NCBI GenBank assembly: GCA_965217185.1 | Contig: OZ244252.1 | Location: 1,440,001-1,504,000, forward strand | Length of the DNA: 64,000 bases | DNA from: an uncultured Candidatus Entotheonella sp. | GTDB taxonomy: Bacteria > Tectomicrobia > Entotheonellia > Entotheonellales > Entotheonellaceae | Direction of reading: 5' to 3' | Shown here: positions 63,274 through 64,000 of the stretch, piece by piece | How the letters are laid out: each line of letters opens with the position of its first letter | Position numbering within the stretch: the stretch's first letter is position 1 | Notes under the pieces: model-generated | Told to the model about the DNA's origin: nothing | The model's input: the letters and a program-made list of their open reading frames with translations, nothing else | Database searches by the model: none | Made by a program: the position numbers and the translations under genes

Positions 63274-63867
63274 ATGTACGCCTTAGGAGAGTTGACGCCA
63301 GATACCGATCCTGCCGGGGTAGTCTTTCGGGACGTGCTATTCCTCATGGTCCTCAGCCTGGTGGTGGTGATCTTCCTGATGACGTTCCTGATCAATCCGG
63401 TCAAAAAGACCGATGAGGTGCCGATTCGAACGGAGATCCTGATCGAGGCCTTCTGGCCCACGGGCACCTCGTACGACGTGGATTTGTGGGGCATGGGTCC
63501 CGACGGCGTGCCGGTGGGCTGGGGGGTGTTTACGGCGGGTCCGGCCTTGAACCTGGAGCGCGACGACCGCGGCAAAATCAATGACGCCGCCACACTCAAT
63601 TACGAAATGATGTCGATCCGCAGCCGTGACCCGGGCGAATATACGGTCAACCTGCATCTCTACAATGAGTTTGGTGATCCCCTGCCCGTGCCCGTGAAAG
63701 TCACCGTTGCCGGGAAGGGAGACATCGGCGAAATCTTCTCAGGTGACGTGCTGCTGACCCGGCGTAAGCACGAAGTCACCGTCGTGCGGTTCAGCCTGGA
63801 TGAGGACGGGGAGTTGATATCGGACAGCATCCATAATCTCTACAAATCGATCTTGGCCTATCGCTAG
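63274..63867 (+). CDS. Single-TM partner with membrane Asp and YfaP/DUF2135-like exported domain
   Basis: FRDVLF-TM; DVDLW..P.G..LERDD.G..NYE..PGEYTVNLHLY. Confidence 0.75.
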   Translation: MYALGELTPDTDPAGVVFRDVLFLMVLSLVVVIFLMTFLINPVKKTDEVPIRTEILIEAFWPTGTSYDVDLWGMGPDGVPVGWGVFTAGPALNLERDDRGKINDAATLNYEMMSIRSRDPGEYTVNLHLYNEFGDPLPVPVKVTVAGKGDIGEIFSGDVLLTRRKHEVTVVRFSLDEDGELISDSIHNLYKSILAYR

Positions 63868-63875
63868 GTTTCACT

Positions 63876-64000
63876 ATGTCCGACATCCTCCAATTCATCG
63901 TCCTGTTCGCCATCCATGCGGCGACGGTGTGCTTTCTGTTCGCCATGTTGTTCCTGTACCGTCCCCGGCAATGGGGGCTGCGACTGGTCACCGTGATCAT
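63876..64000 (+). CDS. Hypothetical membrane protein, partial (runs off the right edge)
   Basis: ATG 8 nt after the previous stop; MSDILQFIVLFAIHAATVCFLFAMLFLY. Confidence 0.7.
   Translation, partial: MSDILQFIVLFAIHAATVCFLFAMLFLYRPRQWGLRLVTVI

Noticed and set aside
62547..63867. Zorya ZorAB or flagellar MotAB assignment
   Set aside because: A-subunit lacks the long ZorA tail and the partner lacks an OmpA-like domain

Overview
GC-rich diderm bacterial chromosome segment with about 50 genes, mostly for metabolism and transport. A Tectomicrobia/Entotheonella-like or other sponge-associated lineage is a weak inference from gene content only. No rRNA, tRNA or CRISPR array was seen. Highlights: (1) an operon encoding a His-rich SO_0444/DUF318 metal permease fused to an HflK-like SPFH domain, followed by HflC and HflK paralogues, with no ftsH in the window (51.8-55.9 kb); (2) a hidden selenoprotein (in-frame TGA, U-G-T-C motif, SECIS-like hairpin 11 nt downstream; 13284-14933) that the ORF track splits in two; (3) a flavinylation operon with a Fur-box-like site: ApbE, porin, FMN-binding protein and a His-containing membrane protein (6.5-10.1 kb); (4) a divergent PQQ dehydrogenase/cytochrome c/TPR cluster back-to-back with a MotA/ExbB-like stator that has a non-canonical partner (58.5-64 kb); (5) several damaged defence-like genes: a GmrSD (DUF262) gene split by an IS5-family element, a TAG-interrupted gene coupled to a degenerate ImmA/IrrE protein, and an orphan methyltransferase with NPPS; (6) an internally deleted IS next to a 5'-truncated TonB-dependent receptor, plus REP/REPIN-type repeats. 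All calls are from motif recognition by eye; no database search was run.
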